Origin: a virus
DNA length: 31,340 nt
Direction: 5' to 3' (one strand)
Virus record (IMG/VR): IMGVR_UViG_3300000101_000086
Shown here: piece by piece, positions 8,205 to 17,070 of the stretch
Layout of the letters: each line of letters opens with the position of its first letter
Numbering within the stretch: position 1 is the first letter of the stretch
Translations under genes and position numbers: made by a program
The notes under the pieces: generated by a model
What the model was told of the DNA's origin: nothing
Database searches by the model: none
The model's input: the letters and a program-made list of their open reading frames with translations, nothing else

Positions 8205-9190
8205 TGGCAACTAATTTTCAACCGAGAGGTGACATAAAGGTAATTATGGGCAGTGGTGCTAAAGCATTAGGTACTGCACACGCAGCAGATGATACATGGA
8301 ACGAATTACAAGTAGTGGATTACAACATTGAACATGCAAGCGCACCAATTGATGTTGCACCATCACGCAGTGGTATTTATGGTCAAGTAGAATCACAAGG
8401 ACATCATAGACCAGACACACAAATTTATGAAGTTACTTTAACAATGCGAGGAACTCCAACAGCAGTATTAAAAAGCTGTTTAGCTCTTTTTGGTGATGGA
8501 GCAAGTGCATCCGAACTTACTAGTGCAAGTACCACTGGCTCAATGAAAGATGGTGTTTCCAACGCAAATCAAGTTACGCTTTTATATCCTAATGCAGGTT
8601 CTGATTCTTCAGAATCTACTCCAAATGATGATGTGGTTATGGCAGGATGTATGGCTACTCAAATGGTTATCCGAGAAGATGTAGGCACAAATGGTGGTGA
8701 AATGGTAGTAGAAACTACTTTTATTAGTGCCTATCAACCTACTGAAACTGCTCTTACACCATCTTCAACTACTGTAGATGAAGATGCACCAAAAAATATT
8801 TTTGATTTAAGTGCCTCTACATTAGATGCTGAACCATTAGTATTGAATAACTTTGAAATCACTATATCAAGACCACTTGCAAGAGTACATCATCAGAATA
8901 CAGCTGATTATAAGCCATTTGGTTACGTGCAAACAGGTCCTTATGAAGTCACAGGTTCTATTACTGCAAAACGTGATGACTCTATACATGACTTAATAGC
9001 TCATATTAAAGGAGATAGTACAGGTATTGCGCTTTCAATTGCAGAAGCAAGTGGTTTAACCATATCATTACCAACAGTAATGATTGACAATTCAAAGCCT
9101 GAAGTAAGTGATTTCTTACTACAGACAATACCTTTTAGAGCTTTTGGAGCTAACGAAGCAGGAAATATAATTTCAATCACGATCGCTTAA
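8204..9190 (+). CDS. Major tail (tube) protein candidate (328 aa)
   Basis: It sits immediately upstream of the chaperone pair and the tape measure gene, which is the canonical siphovirus order. A hairpin follows it. Confidence 0.5.
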   Translation: MATNFQPRGDIKVIMGSGAKALGTAHAADDTWNELQVVDYNIEHASAPIDVAPSRSGIYGQVESQGHHRPDTQIYEVTLTMRGTPTAVLKSCLALFGDGASASELTSASTTGSMKDGVSNANQVTLLYPNAGSDSSESTPNDDVVMAGCMATQMVIREDVGTNGGEMVVETTFISAYQPTETALTPSSTTVDEDAPKNIFDLSASTLDAEPLVLNNFEITISRPLARVHHQNTADYKPFGYVQTGPYEVTGSITAKRDDSIHDLIAHIKGDSTGIALSIAEASGLTISLPTVMIDNSKPEVSDFLLQTIPFRAFGANEAGNIISITIA

Positions 9191-9200
9191 TACACGCCGT

Positions 9201-9218
9201 TTTCATCGTAGGATGAAA
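9201..9218 (+). other. Hairpin (7-bp stem tttcatc/gatgaaa, loop gtag) between the major tail gene and the chaperone gene
   Basis: Read directly from the sequence. The 3' arm ends 2 nt before the ATG at 9220. Confidence 0.35.
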
Positions 9219-9219
9219 C

Positions 9220-9483
9220 ATGAAAGTAAAAACAGACCATGGTACATTTGATGTACCTGACATTAGTTTCAAGTCACGCAGAGAACTGCATAAACTTGAA
9301 GTAGGTGCTATTACAGATAAAGGCGTGGTAGATACTGCGCAGTTTTTGAATGTACTAGATTGGATATTAAACTATTCATTTACCGATCCAGAAAAGCAGT
9401 TAGGTAAACTAGATGATAATTCAATTGATGAAGTGTTGATGGCTATTTATAACGCATACAAAGAACCAAACAAAAAAAAGTAA
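9220..9483 (+). CDS. Tail assembly chaperone (G-like, 87 aa)
   Basis: It is the first of two small ORFs directly upstream of the tape measure gene. It ends in a slippery A-run. Confidence 0.6.
   Translation: MKVKTDHGTFDVPDISFKSRRELHKLEVGAITDKGVVDTAQFLNVLDWILNYSFTDPEKQLGKLDDNSIDEVLMAIYNAYKEPNKKK
9474..9480 (+). promoter_or_regulatory. Candidate -1 programmed ribosomal frameshift site, A_AAA_AAG
   Basis: The zero-frame codons are AAA AAA AAG TAA at 9472..9483. A -1 slip on A AAA AAG reads GTA ATC ATG CAC ..., which is exactly the frame of ORF 9486..9884. Confidence 0.6.
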
Positions 9484-9485
9484 TC

Positions 9486-9884
9486 ATGCACCGAGTTGCC
9501 GTGTGGATGAGTTATAAGAACCAACCCACACGCAACTTAGCTTTTCCATACACTGCGCAGTCTCCTACGCTCAAGAAAAACATCACATATACAGAAGATG
9601 AACTATGGGAAGAGATTGGTCGTATCGTAGAACAAGATAGTGATGGAAAATTTACGCTTGGTGCTGCGTTATATTACTCATTGGTATTCTGTGCTGACTC
9701 TACGTACTTTCTAACACCTGAGACTGTATTTGCGCTTGAGGAGTATATGGCTATGAAGAGATTTAACTTACCACTGGCTACAACGATAGATAATGCAGAT
9801 TATCATCGCTTAGTCATCTTTTCAGCTATAGATGAAGAATTTAATGCATTACAATCTGAAGATATGAAGAAAAAAAATGGCTGA
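9486..9884 (+). CDS. Tail assembly chaperone, frameshift extension (T-like part; probably made as a 9220..9884 fusion)
   Basis: The ORF is in the -1 frame relative to 9220..9483 and open from the slippery site. It overlaps the tape measure start. Confidence 0.6.
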   Translation: MHRVAVWMSYKNQPTRNLAFPYTAQSPTLKKNITYTEDELWEEIGRIVEQDSDGKFTLGAALYYSLVFCADSTYFLTPETVFALEEYMAMKRFNLPLATTIDNADYHRLVIFSAIDEEFNALQSEDMKKKNG

Positions 9885-11745
9885 AAAAAAGTTTATTATT
9901 GAAGTACGCACGAAAGGTTTTTCACGTGCGACAAAAGATATAAAAGATTTAGATACAAATAGTAGAAAGTACAATCGCACTACAGAGAGAATGCGAGGAC
10001 AAAGCAAAGGATTAATTGCAAATCTAGGTAGTTTAAGAAATAAAATTTTAGTATATAGTTTTGCCGTAGGTGGTGCTGTAGCTGCAATGAATAAGTTTGT
10101 GCAAGCAGCATCTGGATTTCAAGATGTACAAACTCGATTAGTAGGCTTAACAGGAAGTACGGAAGCAGCAAAACAAGCGTTTGAAACTTTTAATCAAGTA
10201 GCGGCAACTACTCCATTTGCATTGCAAGATGTTGTAAACGCAGGTGCGCAGTTAGAAGCATTTGGAGTAGACTCAGAAGCAACGCTAGGTGCAGTAACTG
10301 ACTTAGCAGCATTCATGGGTACTACTGCAACAGAAGCTGCTAGTGCGCTTGGTCGTGCTTTCGCTGGAGGTGCAGGTGCGGCCGACATTTTGCGCGAGAG
10401 AGGCATACTACAGTTAATTAAAGATTCTCAAGGTATTCAAGATTTAAGTAAAATTACGCTTCCTGAATTTCGTAAAGCCTTAATTAGTGCAATGGTCGAT
10501 CCAGTTGCTGGTATTCAAGGTAGCTCTGATCGATTATCAAAAACTTTTTCAGGTGCAGTATCTAATATGAATGATGCAGTTACTCGCTTTGCTGCTAGTA
10601 TTGGTAATATTATGTTACCATCATTAACAAAAGCAGCAAATTCTATAGAAACTTTTTTTCGAGAACTCAATATACAGAGATTAGCGCAAATAACAACAGC
10701 AATTACAGCTATGGCAACTGCTTTTGTCTTAGTCAATAATAAAGCACTTATTTTTAAAGCAACTGTTGGTTTATTAACATTTAATTTAAAATCTTTAGGT
10801 ATTGCATTAACTGCGGCAGGATTAGCTTTTGGTTTAGATAAATATTTACAAGCTAAAAATGCTTTTTCAAGTTTAAACACTGCAACACAAACATTAAGTA
10901 ATAGCACAGCGCAATTAGCTCAAAGACAACAACAATATGTTAGTAGTTTACAAACTACAACTATTAATCTTGGAATTAGTGCAGATGCGCAAAAAAGAAT
11001 TAACGATATAATGGCAGAAACAGTGTTATTAACAATGCAAAATAATGATGTTGATGAAAAAAGAATAAGAATTGCTCAAATGATTTTTCAAGCAGAAGCA
11101 AATTTAAGTGGTGCGTTAAAAGGAAAAATTAAAATTGATAGAGAGCTTGCTACTCAAGGTATTTTTAGTATGTCAACAACTGAAGAATTGACTGAAGCAG
11201 AAAATAAAGAATTTATGGCTCTTGATAGACTAATTGGAGCAAAAATGGAATCTATTATGTCTGGAAAAGAATTAATTAAAACTAATGATCAAATGGCTAG
11301 ATCATTAAATACAGTTTCAAGTGCTATGGGGGAATTAAAAAATGGCACAATGGATAGCGATCAAGTATTAAGTTTGTTTTTGAAAACTGCTGCAAGTTTA
11401 GTTGGAGTTGCAAATCCATTTGCAGGAGCAGTTTTAGGACTTGGAGCAGCGTTTACTGCTCACACAGGCGGATTAATAAAGCAAAATGGAATCCAACGCT
11501 TTGCAAATGGTGGTCAAGTTCAAGGTGAAGATAACGTACCTATTTTAGCACAGGCAGGTGAGTTTATAATGAAAAGATCCGCAGTACAAAATATTGGAGT
11601 ACAGAATCTAGCCAATATGAATAGAACTGGCAACGCAGGTGGTGTTACTATCAATATTTCAGGAAACATGATTGGCAATGATGAGTTTGTTCGAGATAAT
11701 TTAATTCCAGAAATACAAAAAGTTAGTAATCAAGGACTAGCATAG
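9877..11745 (+). CDS. Tail tape measure protein (622 aa)
   Basis: Its size, its position after the chaperone pair and an Ala/Gly-rich helical sequence support the call. It has a conserved-looking core (FNQVAATTPFALQDVVNAGAQLEAFGV), internal hydrophobic segments and a Gly-rich C-terminal region. Confidence 0.8.
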   Translation: MAEKKFIIEVRTKGFSRATKDIKDLDTNSRKYNRTTERMRGQSKGLIANLGSLRNKILVYSFAVGGAVAAMNKFVQAASGFQDVQTRLVGLTGSTEAAKQAFETFNQVAATTPFALQDVVNAGAQLEAFGVDSEATLGAVTDLAAFMGTTATEAASALGRAFAGGAGAADILRERGILQLIKDSQGIQDLSKITLPEFRKALISAMVDPVAGIQGSSDRLSKTFSGAVSNMNDAVTRFAASIGNIMLPSLTKAANSIETFFRELNIQRLAQITTAITAMATAFVLVNNKALIFKATVGLLTFNLKSLGIALTAAGLAFGLDKYLQAKNAFSSLNTATQTLSNSTAQLAQRQQQYVSSLQTTTINLGISADAQKRINDIMAETVLLTMQNNDVDEKRIRIAQMIFQAEANLSGALKGKIKIDRELATQGIFSMSTTEELTEAENKEFMALDRLIGAKMESIMSGKELIKTNDQMARSLNTVSSAMGELKNGTMDSDQVLSLFLKTAASLVGVANPFAGAVLGLGAAFTAHTGGLIKQNGIQRFANGGQVQGEDNVPILAQAGEFIMKRSAVQNIGVQNLANMNRTGNAGGVTINISGNMIGNDEFVRDNLIPEIQKVSNQGLA

Positions 11746-11746
11746 A

Positions 11747-14581
11747 ATGGCATTAAGTAATGCGCCATCAGAATCCAACGTCAATGAGAATTGGCTATTT
11801 CAATTTAGTGCTGATAATAACAATTGTTTAGAGTTTGATGGTACTGGTGATCGAATAGACTTTGGTGACATACTCCAAAGTTATACTGAGTTTACGATAG
11901 AATTTTGGATGAAAGCAGATGCCGTAAATAGTGGTGTTATAATTCAATTATCTGCTGGTTCTGGAGAAGATGCAGAAGATAACGTATCTTTTAACGTAAA
12001 TATGCCAGGTAGTGCAGAGCTACAATTATTTTATGAGTATGGAAGTGGCTCAAATGAATCCAATACTACTTCTGATTTTGATTTAACTACGAACACATGG
12101 ATTCATGTTGCAGTAGTCCGAGATGATGCAAGTGGTACTGCGTTATTTTATAAGAATGGTGTTTTAGTAGAAACAGAAACTGCAAGCAATGCTCCAAGTG
12201 ATGGTACAAGTAGTAGTGCAAATATGAGCATTGGAAATAACTTTGCTAATAGTAATGGATTTGATGGCGAATTAGCACATGTAAGAGTGTGGAGTGATGC
12301 ACGAAGCGCAGCAGAAATTGCTCACTACTATAACAGAACCATTGATAGCACTGCATCAAATTTAGTTGGTTACTGGAAACTAGATGAAGGTACAGGATCA
12401 ACAGTATTGGATAGTAGTAGTAATTCTAATAGTGGTACTATTACAGATGCTACATGGTCAGTTGGTGGTTTTGATGAATTTATTCATAGTTTTGGAATTG
12501 CTAATAGCGATGCGACAGTAGATAATAATTTTTATACTGGTGCAGTGCTAAATAAAAATGTGAGTGTACGTGATTCTATTGACATAACTGCTGGACAATC
12601 TACTACAAGTAATATTTCTTTAAATGTCGCTAATGTAGTTTTTGATGGTATTGATTTATATAAAAGAATCTTTAATGGTACAAATAACTATTTAAATAAA
12701 GAAGTTCGCGTTTATGCGCAGTTTAACGGATCAAATTCTTTAGCTGATTGTCAACGCATTTTTACTGGTCGATTAGTCGATGTAAAAATTGATCAAAATC
12801 AAAAATTATCATTACAAATTAATTCACATCGTCCTTGGGATAAAATATCTTTTCCACAAACCAAACACAGTGTAAAAGGAATATATGAGCCAACTGTTTA
12901 TGGGGAGTACGATTTTGTTGATTTAACCACTACTCCAATACAAGCTGTGTATGGTAATGTATTTCCAGTACCATTATTAAATGTTTCTCAAGGTAGCGCA
13001 ACATCTGGTTCAACGACACATGATGGAACATTTGATGTTTTAATGCCTCAATCTTATTCTAGTGGTGATAAAAACTATATTCATTTACATTTAGATGATT
13101 ATTTTCTTGTTGTAACCCAACAACCTGGTGTTTATACAGTGCAAGAAGCAACTGTGAGTGAGTCTAATGTAAATGTTCTTAAAACACCTATTTCGTATTT
13201 TGCACATGGATTAATTATACCATCTGTTGGTGAAAATCAATGGGGAGTATCTATGATTAGTAATATGGAAAATGCATTTGTTAGAAAATTAAATGGAGAT
13301 TATGATCTCACTACATTTGCTAGTGCAGATATAAATAGTGTTGGAGATATTGCTTATATACAAAGCAAATCCTTTACTAAAAATTTTACAGATAGCCAAA
13401 TACATGGAATTAGAGTGCAAATTAAAGCAGAACGCGATGATTCGGATACATCCGTAGCTGGTTACCAAGCATATGATGTAGATATATTTAAAAACGGAAG
13501 TACATTGTCTAGTAACTCAGTTTATGACGAAGATGCTGCTATCATACAAACATCGGGCAATGGAAATGAAGATGTTTATGATATTACCAACACAGATGCT
13601 CCAACTGAATTTCAAATGCAATTTACTTCACTTGGTACATCTGGAGCTGGTAACAATCCATTTTCTGCACATACTCTAAAAATATATGGAGTAAAATTAA
13701 GAGCAGTGATTGATATACATGACAGCGATCAAGAAGATGTCACGAGATTATCAAATATGAAATATTTATATAGTGGTGGCGCAGGATTACCTGCATCTTG
13801 GGATAACGGAGCAATTAAACACGGACACGATGCACACAGAGATTTATTAATGAGATTTGGTGGAATACCTAGCACAACTCCAGTGAATTATGATTCATTA
13901 AACACGGATAGAACAAGGAACACGGCAAATGATGCAGATATTGATAATTGGAAAATACGTTACTGGCAATTAGAACCAGCTTTATTAAAAGATAAATTAG
14001 ATCAGTTAGCATACGAATTTGGTTTTTGTTATAAAATAGATAATAATGGCATATTAAAATATATTCACGTAAAGCAATCTAGCGAATTATCAGCTACATT
14101 AAATTTAACACAATCTGATTTAAATAATATAAATCTTAGCACTACTGGATTAAGTGAAGTAATTACTAAAATGGAATTATCTAACAGGTTGCATCCAGCA
14201 GAAAGTAGTAGGTATTATCAATCAGTGACTGCAACCAATATAGTCTCTAGAGCTAAATATAACCTCGGTGATAAAGAAGGCATAAAGCAACAAAACTTAG
14301 ATATGCATGTTGGAGATTTACCAACATCCGCAGCATCAGATTGCAATGCAGATTGGTATTCCTATTATAACAACATTATTGGTGATATAAAAGTATTAGT
14401 ACAGTGCGATGTAGTCAATCCAGCAAAAGGATGCCAACTAGAAACTGGTGATATAGTCACATTCACAGATATGCCAGTAGAGATGTTTGGCACTGATTTT
14501 AGTACCAGTAAATATTTTATGATTGTAGAAACAAAACGCTCACCAGGTAAGGTAAGCATAACAGCAAGAGAGGTAGGCTAG
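11747..14581 (+). CDS. Tail tip / distal tail protein with N-terminal LamG (concanavalin-A-like lectin) domain (944 aa)
   Basis: Residues ~25-235 carry LamG-type signatures: FDGTGDRIDFG, FTIEFWMK, WIHVAVVRD, LFYKNGVL, GELAHVRVWS and LVGYWKLDEGTGSTVLDSS. It sits directly downstream of the TMP. Confidence 0.65.
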   Translation: MALSNAPSESNVNENWLFQFSADNNNCLEFDGTGDRIDFGDILQSYTEFTIEFWMKADAVNSGVIIQLSAGSGEDAEDNVSFNVNMPGSAELQLFYEYGSGSNESNTTSDFDLTTNTWIHVAVVRDDASGTALFYKNGVLVETETASNAPSDGTSSSANMSIGNNFANSNGFDGELAHVRVWSDARSAAEIAHYYNRTIDSTASNLVGYWKLDEGTGSTVLDSSSNSNSGTITDATWSVGGFDEFIHSFGIANSDATVDNNFYTGAVLNKNVSVRDSIDITAGQSTTSNISLNVANVVFDGIDLYKRIFNGTNNYLNKEVRVYAQFNGSNSLADCQRIFTGRLVDVKIDQNQKLSLQINSHRPWDKISFPQTKHSVKGIYEPTVYGEYDFVDLTTTPIQAVYGNVFPVPLLNVSQGSATSGSTTHDGTFDVLMPQSYSSGDKNYIHLHLDDYFLVVTQQPGVYTVQEATVSESNVNVLKTPISYFAHGLIIPSVGENQWGVSMISNMENAFVRKLNGDYDLTTFASADINSVGDIAYIQSKSFTKNFTDSQIHGIRVQIKAERDDSDTSVAGYQAYDVDIFKNGSTLSSNSVYDEDAAIIQTSGNGNEDVYDITNTDAPTEFQMQFTSLGTSGAGNNPFSAHTLKIYGVKLRAVIDIHDSDQEDVTRLSNMKYLYSGGAGLPASWDNGAIKHGHDAHRDLLMRFGGIPSTTPVNYDSLNTDRTRNTANDADIDNWKIRYWQLEPALLKDKLDQLAYEFGFCYKIDNNGILKYIHVKQSSELSATLNLTQSDLNNINLSTTGLSEVITKMELSNRLHPAESSRYYQSVTATNIVSRAKYNLGDKEGIKQQNLDMHVGDLPTSAASDCNADWYSYYNNIIGDIKVLVQCDVVNPAKGCQLETGDIVTFTDMPVEMFGTDFSTSKYFMIVETKRSPGKVSITAREVG

Positions 14582-15630
14582 TGGCTAACCAAACTATAAA
14601 AACACCAAGATTTTATCCAGACTTAATTAGTTATCATAGAGCAAGAGGAGCATCACCTGGTATCGTAAAATCAGATATAGTAAATACACTTGCGGTACAA
14701 ACAGGTAGCGCAGGTGAGTTATTTGATCTTCGACCACTAAATCAAGTGACATTTGATACTTCTGCAAATACTTCTAAGCACGTATTAACTAATTTTAGTT
14801 TTACAACTGCTAGTTATAAACAGAATTATATTGCAATTTTAAATCATAATTTAAATAGTTCAGGTGGACGTTTTAAGATATTTGCAGGTAATGAAGCAAG
14901 TGATATTACCGCTTTAGATGGTGGAAACGCAGATACTGCTGATATAAATTGGAGTAGTGTGAATGCTACAGAGATTGTCAACGCAGATACAATAGCTGCT
15001 TCTGATTCTAATAAAACAGTCACAGTGACACCTGCATCAGATGGCACAACTGTGCTTACGTTTGATGAGCAGGATTTGCGTTATTGGGCGATACAATTTG
15101 AAGGCGATACTTCATGGGATGGTACTACAGATTTTATCGTAGGTAGTATAATGATCGGTGAATACTTTGATATGCCTTTTTCACCAGACCTAAACCTTAC
15201 TAGGTCTATTGTATATGATAAAGTGAATGTAGCAGAGTCCTCAGGTGGACAGCGTTATGCTACTGCAACTAGTTTTGGAAGAACTGCATCTAGTACATCT
15301 AAAAGTCCATTTACACTTGGTACATATGGACAAAATGTTTATGGTGGTAGGCAGGCATACGATTTAACGTATAGTTATTTGCAGGATTCAGACTTATTAC
15401 CAAATGAGTATCCAGTATATCAGCATGGCAATGATAGTGTGATTTCTGATGTGTGGAATATGGTAGATGGTCCGAGTAGGCCATTCATATTTAGTTTAGA
15501 TAATACATCTACTGGTGCGAATGCAGAATCCGAACATTTGTTTGCTAGATTTGCACAAAATAGTTTAGATATGCAACAGGTAGCACCTGACGTGTACACT
15601 GTAGGCACTAGAATTGAAGAAGAATTTTAA
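14581..15630 (+). CDS. Tail / baseplate-associated structural protein (349 aa)
   Basis: GTG start overlapping the upstream stop (TAGTG). It is the last gene of the tail block. I recognised no motif. Confidence 0.45.
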   Translation: MANQTIKTPRFYPDLISYHRARGASPGIVKSDIVNTLAVQTGSAGELFDLRPLNQVTFDTSANTSKHVLTNFSFTTASYKQNYIAILNHNLNSSGGRFKIFAGNEASDITALDGGNADTADINWSSVNATEIVNADTIAASDSNKTVTVTPASDGTTVLTFDEQDLRYWAIQFEGDTSWDGTTDFIVGSIMIGEYFDMPFSPDLNLTRSIVYDKVNVAESSGGQRYATATSFGRTASSTSKSPFTLGTYGQNVYGGRQAYDLTYSYLQDSDLLPNEYPVYQHGNDSVISDVWNMVDGPSRPFIFSLDNTSTGANAESEHLFARFAQNSLDMQQVAPDVYTVGTRIEEEF

Positions 15631-15644
15631 TTTGTAAATAATAC

Positions 15645-15673
15645 TTGCATAGTGTTGACAATGGTTTTAATAT
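15645..15673 (+). promoter_or_regulatory. Candidate sigma70-type early promoter (TTGCAT-17 nt-TAATAT)
   Basis: The hexamers are at 15645..15650 and 15668..15673 with a 17-nt spacer. The predicted start lies about 5 nt before the ATG at 15686, so the transcript would be nearly leaderless. Confidence 0.45.
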
Positions 15674-15684
15674 CTGTCAACACT
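15651..15684. promoter_or_regulatory. Perfect 10-bp inverted repeat AGTGTTGACA-N14-TGTCAACACT (operator candidate)
   Basis: The arms are at 15651..15660 and 15675..15684. They overlap the promoter spacer and -10 element and end 1 nt before the HTH gene start. Confidence 0.6.
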
Positions 15685-15685
15685 T

Positions 15686-15874
15686 ATGAAGCCTTTAGAA
15701 CAACATATGAGAGAGTGTGGTTTTAGTCAAAACCAATTAGCGCGTGAAATCGCTCTAGATAAATCTATGCTTTCACTAATGATGCGAGGCAAACGAAAGT
15801 TTCGTCACGAGCATAAAGTTCGTATTGCTCGTGTATTAGGTATTAAAATAGAATTTATAGAATTTCCTTGGTAA
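15686..15874 (+). CDS. Cro/XRE-family helix-turn-helix transcriptional regulator (62 aa)
   Basis: GFSQNQLAREIALDKSMLSLMMRGKR is a typical XRE HTH. It is the first gene after the tail block and sits behind the palindromic operator. Confidence 0.75.
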   Translation: MKPLEQHMRECGFSQNQLAREIALDKSMLSLMMRGKRKFRHEHKVRIARVLGIKIEFIEFPW

Positions 15875-15888
15875 GTTTATTTCATATT

Positions 15889-15960
15889 TGGACAGTGCTG
15901 TTTGACGTGGCGTTTCCACTTCTACTCTCTCTCTCTCTTTTCGCCATTAGGTGCTGTCCA
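15889..15960 (+). other. Long-range stem (10 bp including 2 G-U pairs) enclosing a (CT)7 pyrimidine tract; the 3' arm covers the SD/start of the next gene
   Basis: tggacagtgc (15889..15898) pairs with gtgctgtcca (15951..15960). The (CT)7 tract is at 15925..15938. Confidence 0.35.
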
Positions 15961-16178
15961 TGTTCCTAACGATTCATATAAAAAATAAAGAAGAAAGAAT
16001 TAAGTTTGCGCAGGAAGTGCGTAAACTGTTGGGTGAATCCCAAACATACATTCCTGGAGCGCGAAAAGTCTGGAAATCAGATATTGGTGTACGAGCAACT
16101 ATAGATAAAGAAACATATACATCTATTGTGGCTCTCATTGATCGCAAAGGATATAACTACAATACAATAAAGGAGTAA
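15960..16178 (+). CDS. Hypothetical protein (72 aa)
   Basis: I prefer the ATG at 15960 with AGGTG 6 nt upstream over the listed GTG at 15951. They share the same frame and stop. Confidence 0.5.
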   Translation: MFLTIHIKNKEERIKFAQEVRKLLGESQTYIPGARKVWKSDIGVRATIDKETYTSIVALIDRKGYNYNTIKE

Positions 16179-16180
16179 CG

Positions 16181-16681
16181 ATGAGTGGACTTTTAGAAGC
16201 GACTTACAGCGTGCCAAGTGCAGGCGAAAGTAGTTTTATGAAATTTGTCAAAGGTGAAAATAGATTCCGTATATTGGATAAACCAGTTTTAGGCTATCAA
16301 TATTGGCAAGATGATAAAACGCCAGTACGGATTAAGAATGCAGGTGATGCACCAGCAGGAGAAAAGCCAAAACATTTTTGGCAGATTCCAGTTTATAGTG
16401 CTAATTCAGTCAAGGTTCTCGATATTACACAAAGTACTGTCCAGAAGCAACTTACAGAGTTAGATCGCAATAGTGAGTGGGGCAACCTCAAAGACTATGA
16501 TGTGATTGTCACTAAAAATGGTGATGGAATGGATACTACTTATACAGTAACACCATGTCCTAAAGCACCATTAAACAAAGAAGCAGAGGAGTCATATTCT
16601 TCATTTAAGAAGACATACGAACCTGATAAGGTATTTGATGTGACACCTACTGCGGAAGCTGAAGACGAGTTGCCTTTTTAA
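16181..16681 (+). CDS. Single-stranded DNA-binding protein
   Basis: 166 aa with an acidic C-terminal tail ending in an aromatic residue (AEAEDELPF), as in SSB and T7 gp2.5-type proteins. It sits at the head of the replication/recombination module. Confidence 0.6.
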   Translation: MSGLLEATYSVPSAGESSFMKFVKGENRFRILDKPVLGYQYWQDDKTPVRIKNAGDAPAGEKPKHFWQIPVYSANSVKVLDITQSTVQKQLTELDRNSEWGNLKDYDVIVTKNGDGMDTTYTVTPCPKAPLNKEAEESYSSFKKTYEPDKVFDVTPTAEAEDELPF

Positions 16682-17052
16682 TGCCGTCTAAAGCATCACG
16701 TAAAGGCTACCAAGGTGAAGTTGAGGTCGTTGAATTGCTCCGCGACCTCGGCTTCACAGCCGAGCGATCATGGGGCAGTGATGGTCGTAGCTTTGGTGAG
16801 AAGAGCGATATAGATGTAAAGGCTACCAAAGGTGACCTTACAATTTTAGTGCAGGTAAAACGCAGAAAAAAGATTGCAGATTTTTTATCATTCAAGAATG
16901 CAGATGTAGTTATGGTTCGACAGGATCGTAAACCTTGGCTATGGATCGTAAAGCATGAATGGATGAAGAACTTATTTAAAAGCGGAATCGTAGAAACCCA
17001 TAACCAAGAAAATGGCGTGTCTAAAGATCGTGATAGTCGTGATTCCGCTTAA
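16681..17052 (+). CDS. Hjc-like (archaeal-type) Holliday junction resolvase, PD-(D/E)XK fold
   Basis: The pattern is KGYQGEVEVVELLRDLGF ... SDIDV ... VQVKRRKK (E...D...xVK). Confidence 0.6.
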   Translation: MPSKASRKGYQGEVEVVELLRDLGFTAERSWGSDGRSFGEKSDIDVKATKGDLTILVQVKRRKKIADFLSFKNADVVMVRQDRKPWLWIVKHEWMKNLFKSGIVETHNQENGVSKDRDSRDSA

Positions 17053-17070
17053 CTTTAATTAGGAGAGAGA

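Noticed and set aside
7389-8221. ORFs 7389..7613 (-), 7607..7843 (+) and 8021..8221 (-)
   Set aside because: They lie entirely within or antisense to the tightly coupled + strand genes 6617..7588, 7588..8019 and 8016..8204. Their Leu/Ile/Phe/Ser-rich composition is typical of off-frame translation of AT-rich DNA.
9980-10907. Minus-strand ORFs 9980..10171, 10194..10406 and 10515..10907 inside the tape measure gene
   Set aside because: They are antisense shadows of a long, confidently coding + strand gene. They have an Ala/Pro/Ser-rich or hydrophobic low-complexity composition typical of the reverse frame of an Ala-rich region. They have no RBS and no room for promoters.
14365-15608. Minus-strand ORFs 14365..14559, 14844..15047 and 15420..15608. 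Similar ORFs were seen at 16707..16895, 18886..19098, 19581..19769, 20176..20379 and 20757..20999
   Set aside because: They are antisense to long + strand genes in an otherwise unidirectional, overlapping gene array. They have no SD and no intergenic space.
15938-15946. Shared short words between leaders: TTTTCGCCA (15938 and 24167) and TTGGAACGGA (21828 and 24127)
   Set aside because: Matches of 9-10 nt between two places are expected by chance many times in a 31-kb AT-biased genome. Unlike TGTCAACACT (4 copies) or CGGAAT(A/T)T (5 clustered copies), these occur only twice.
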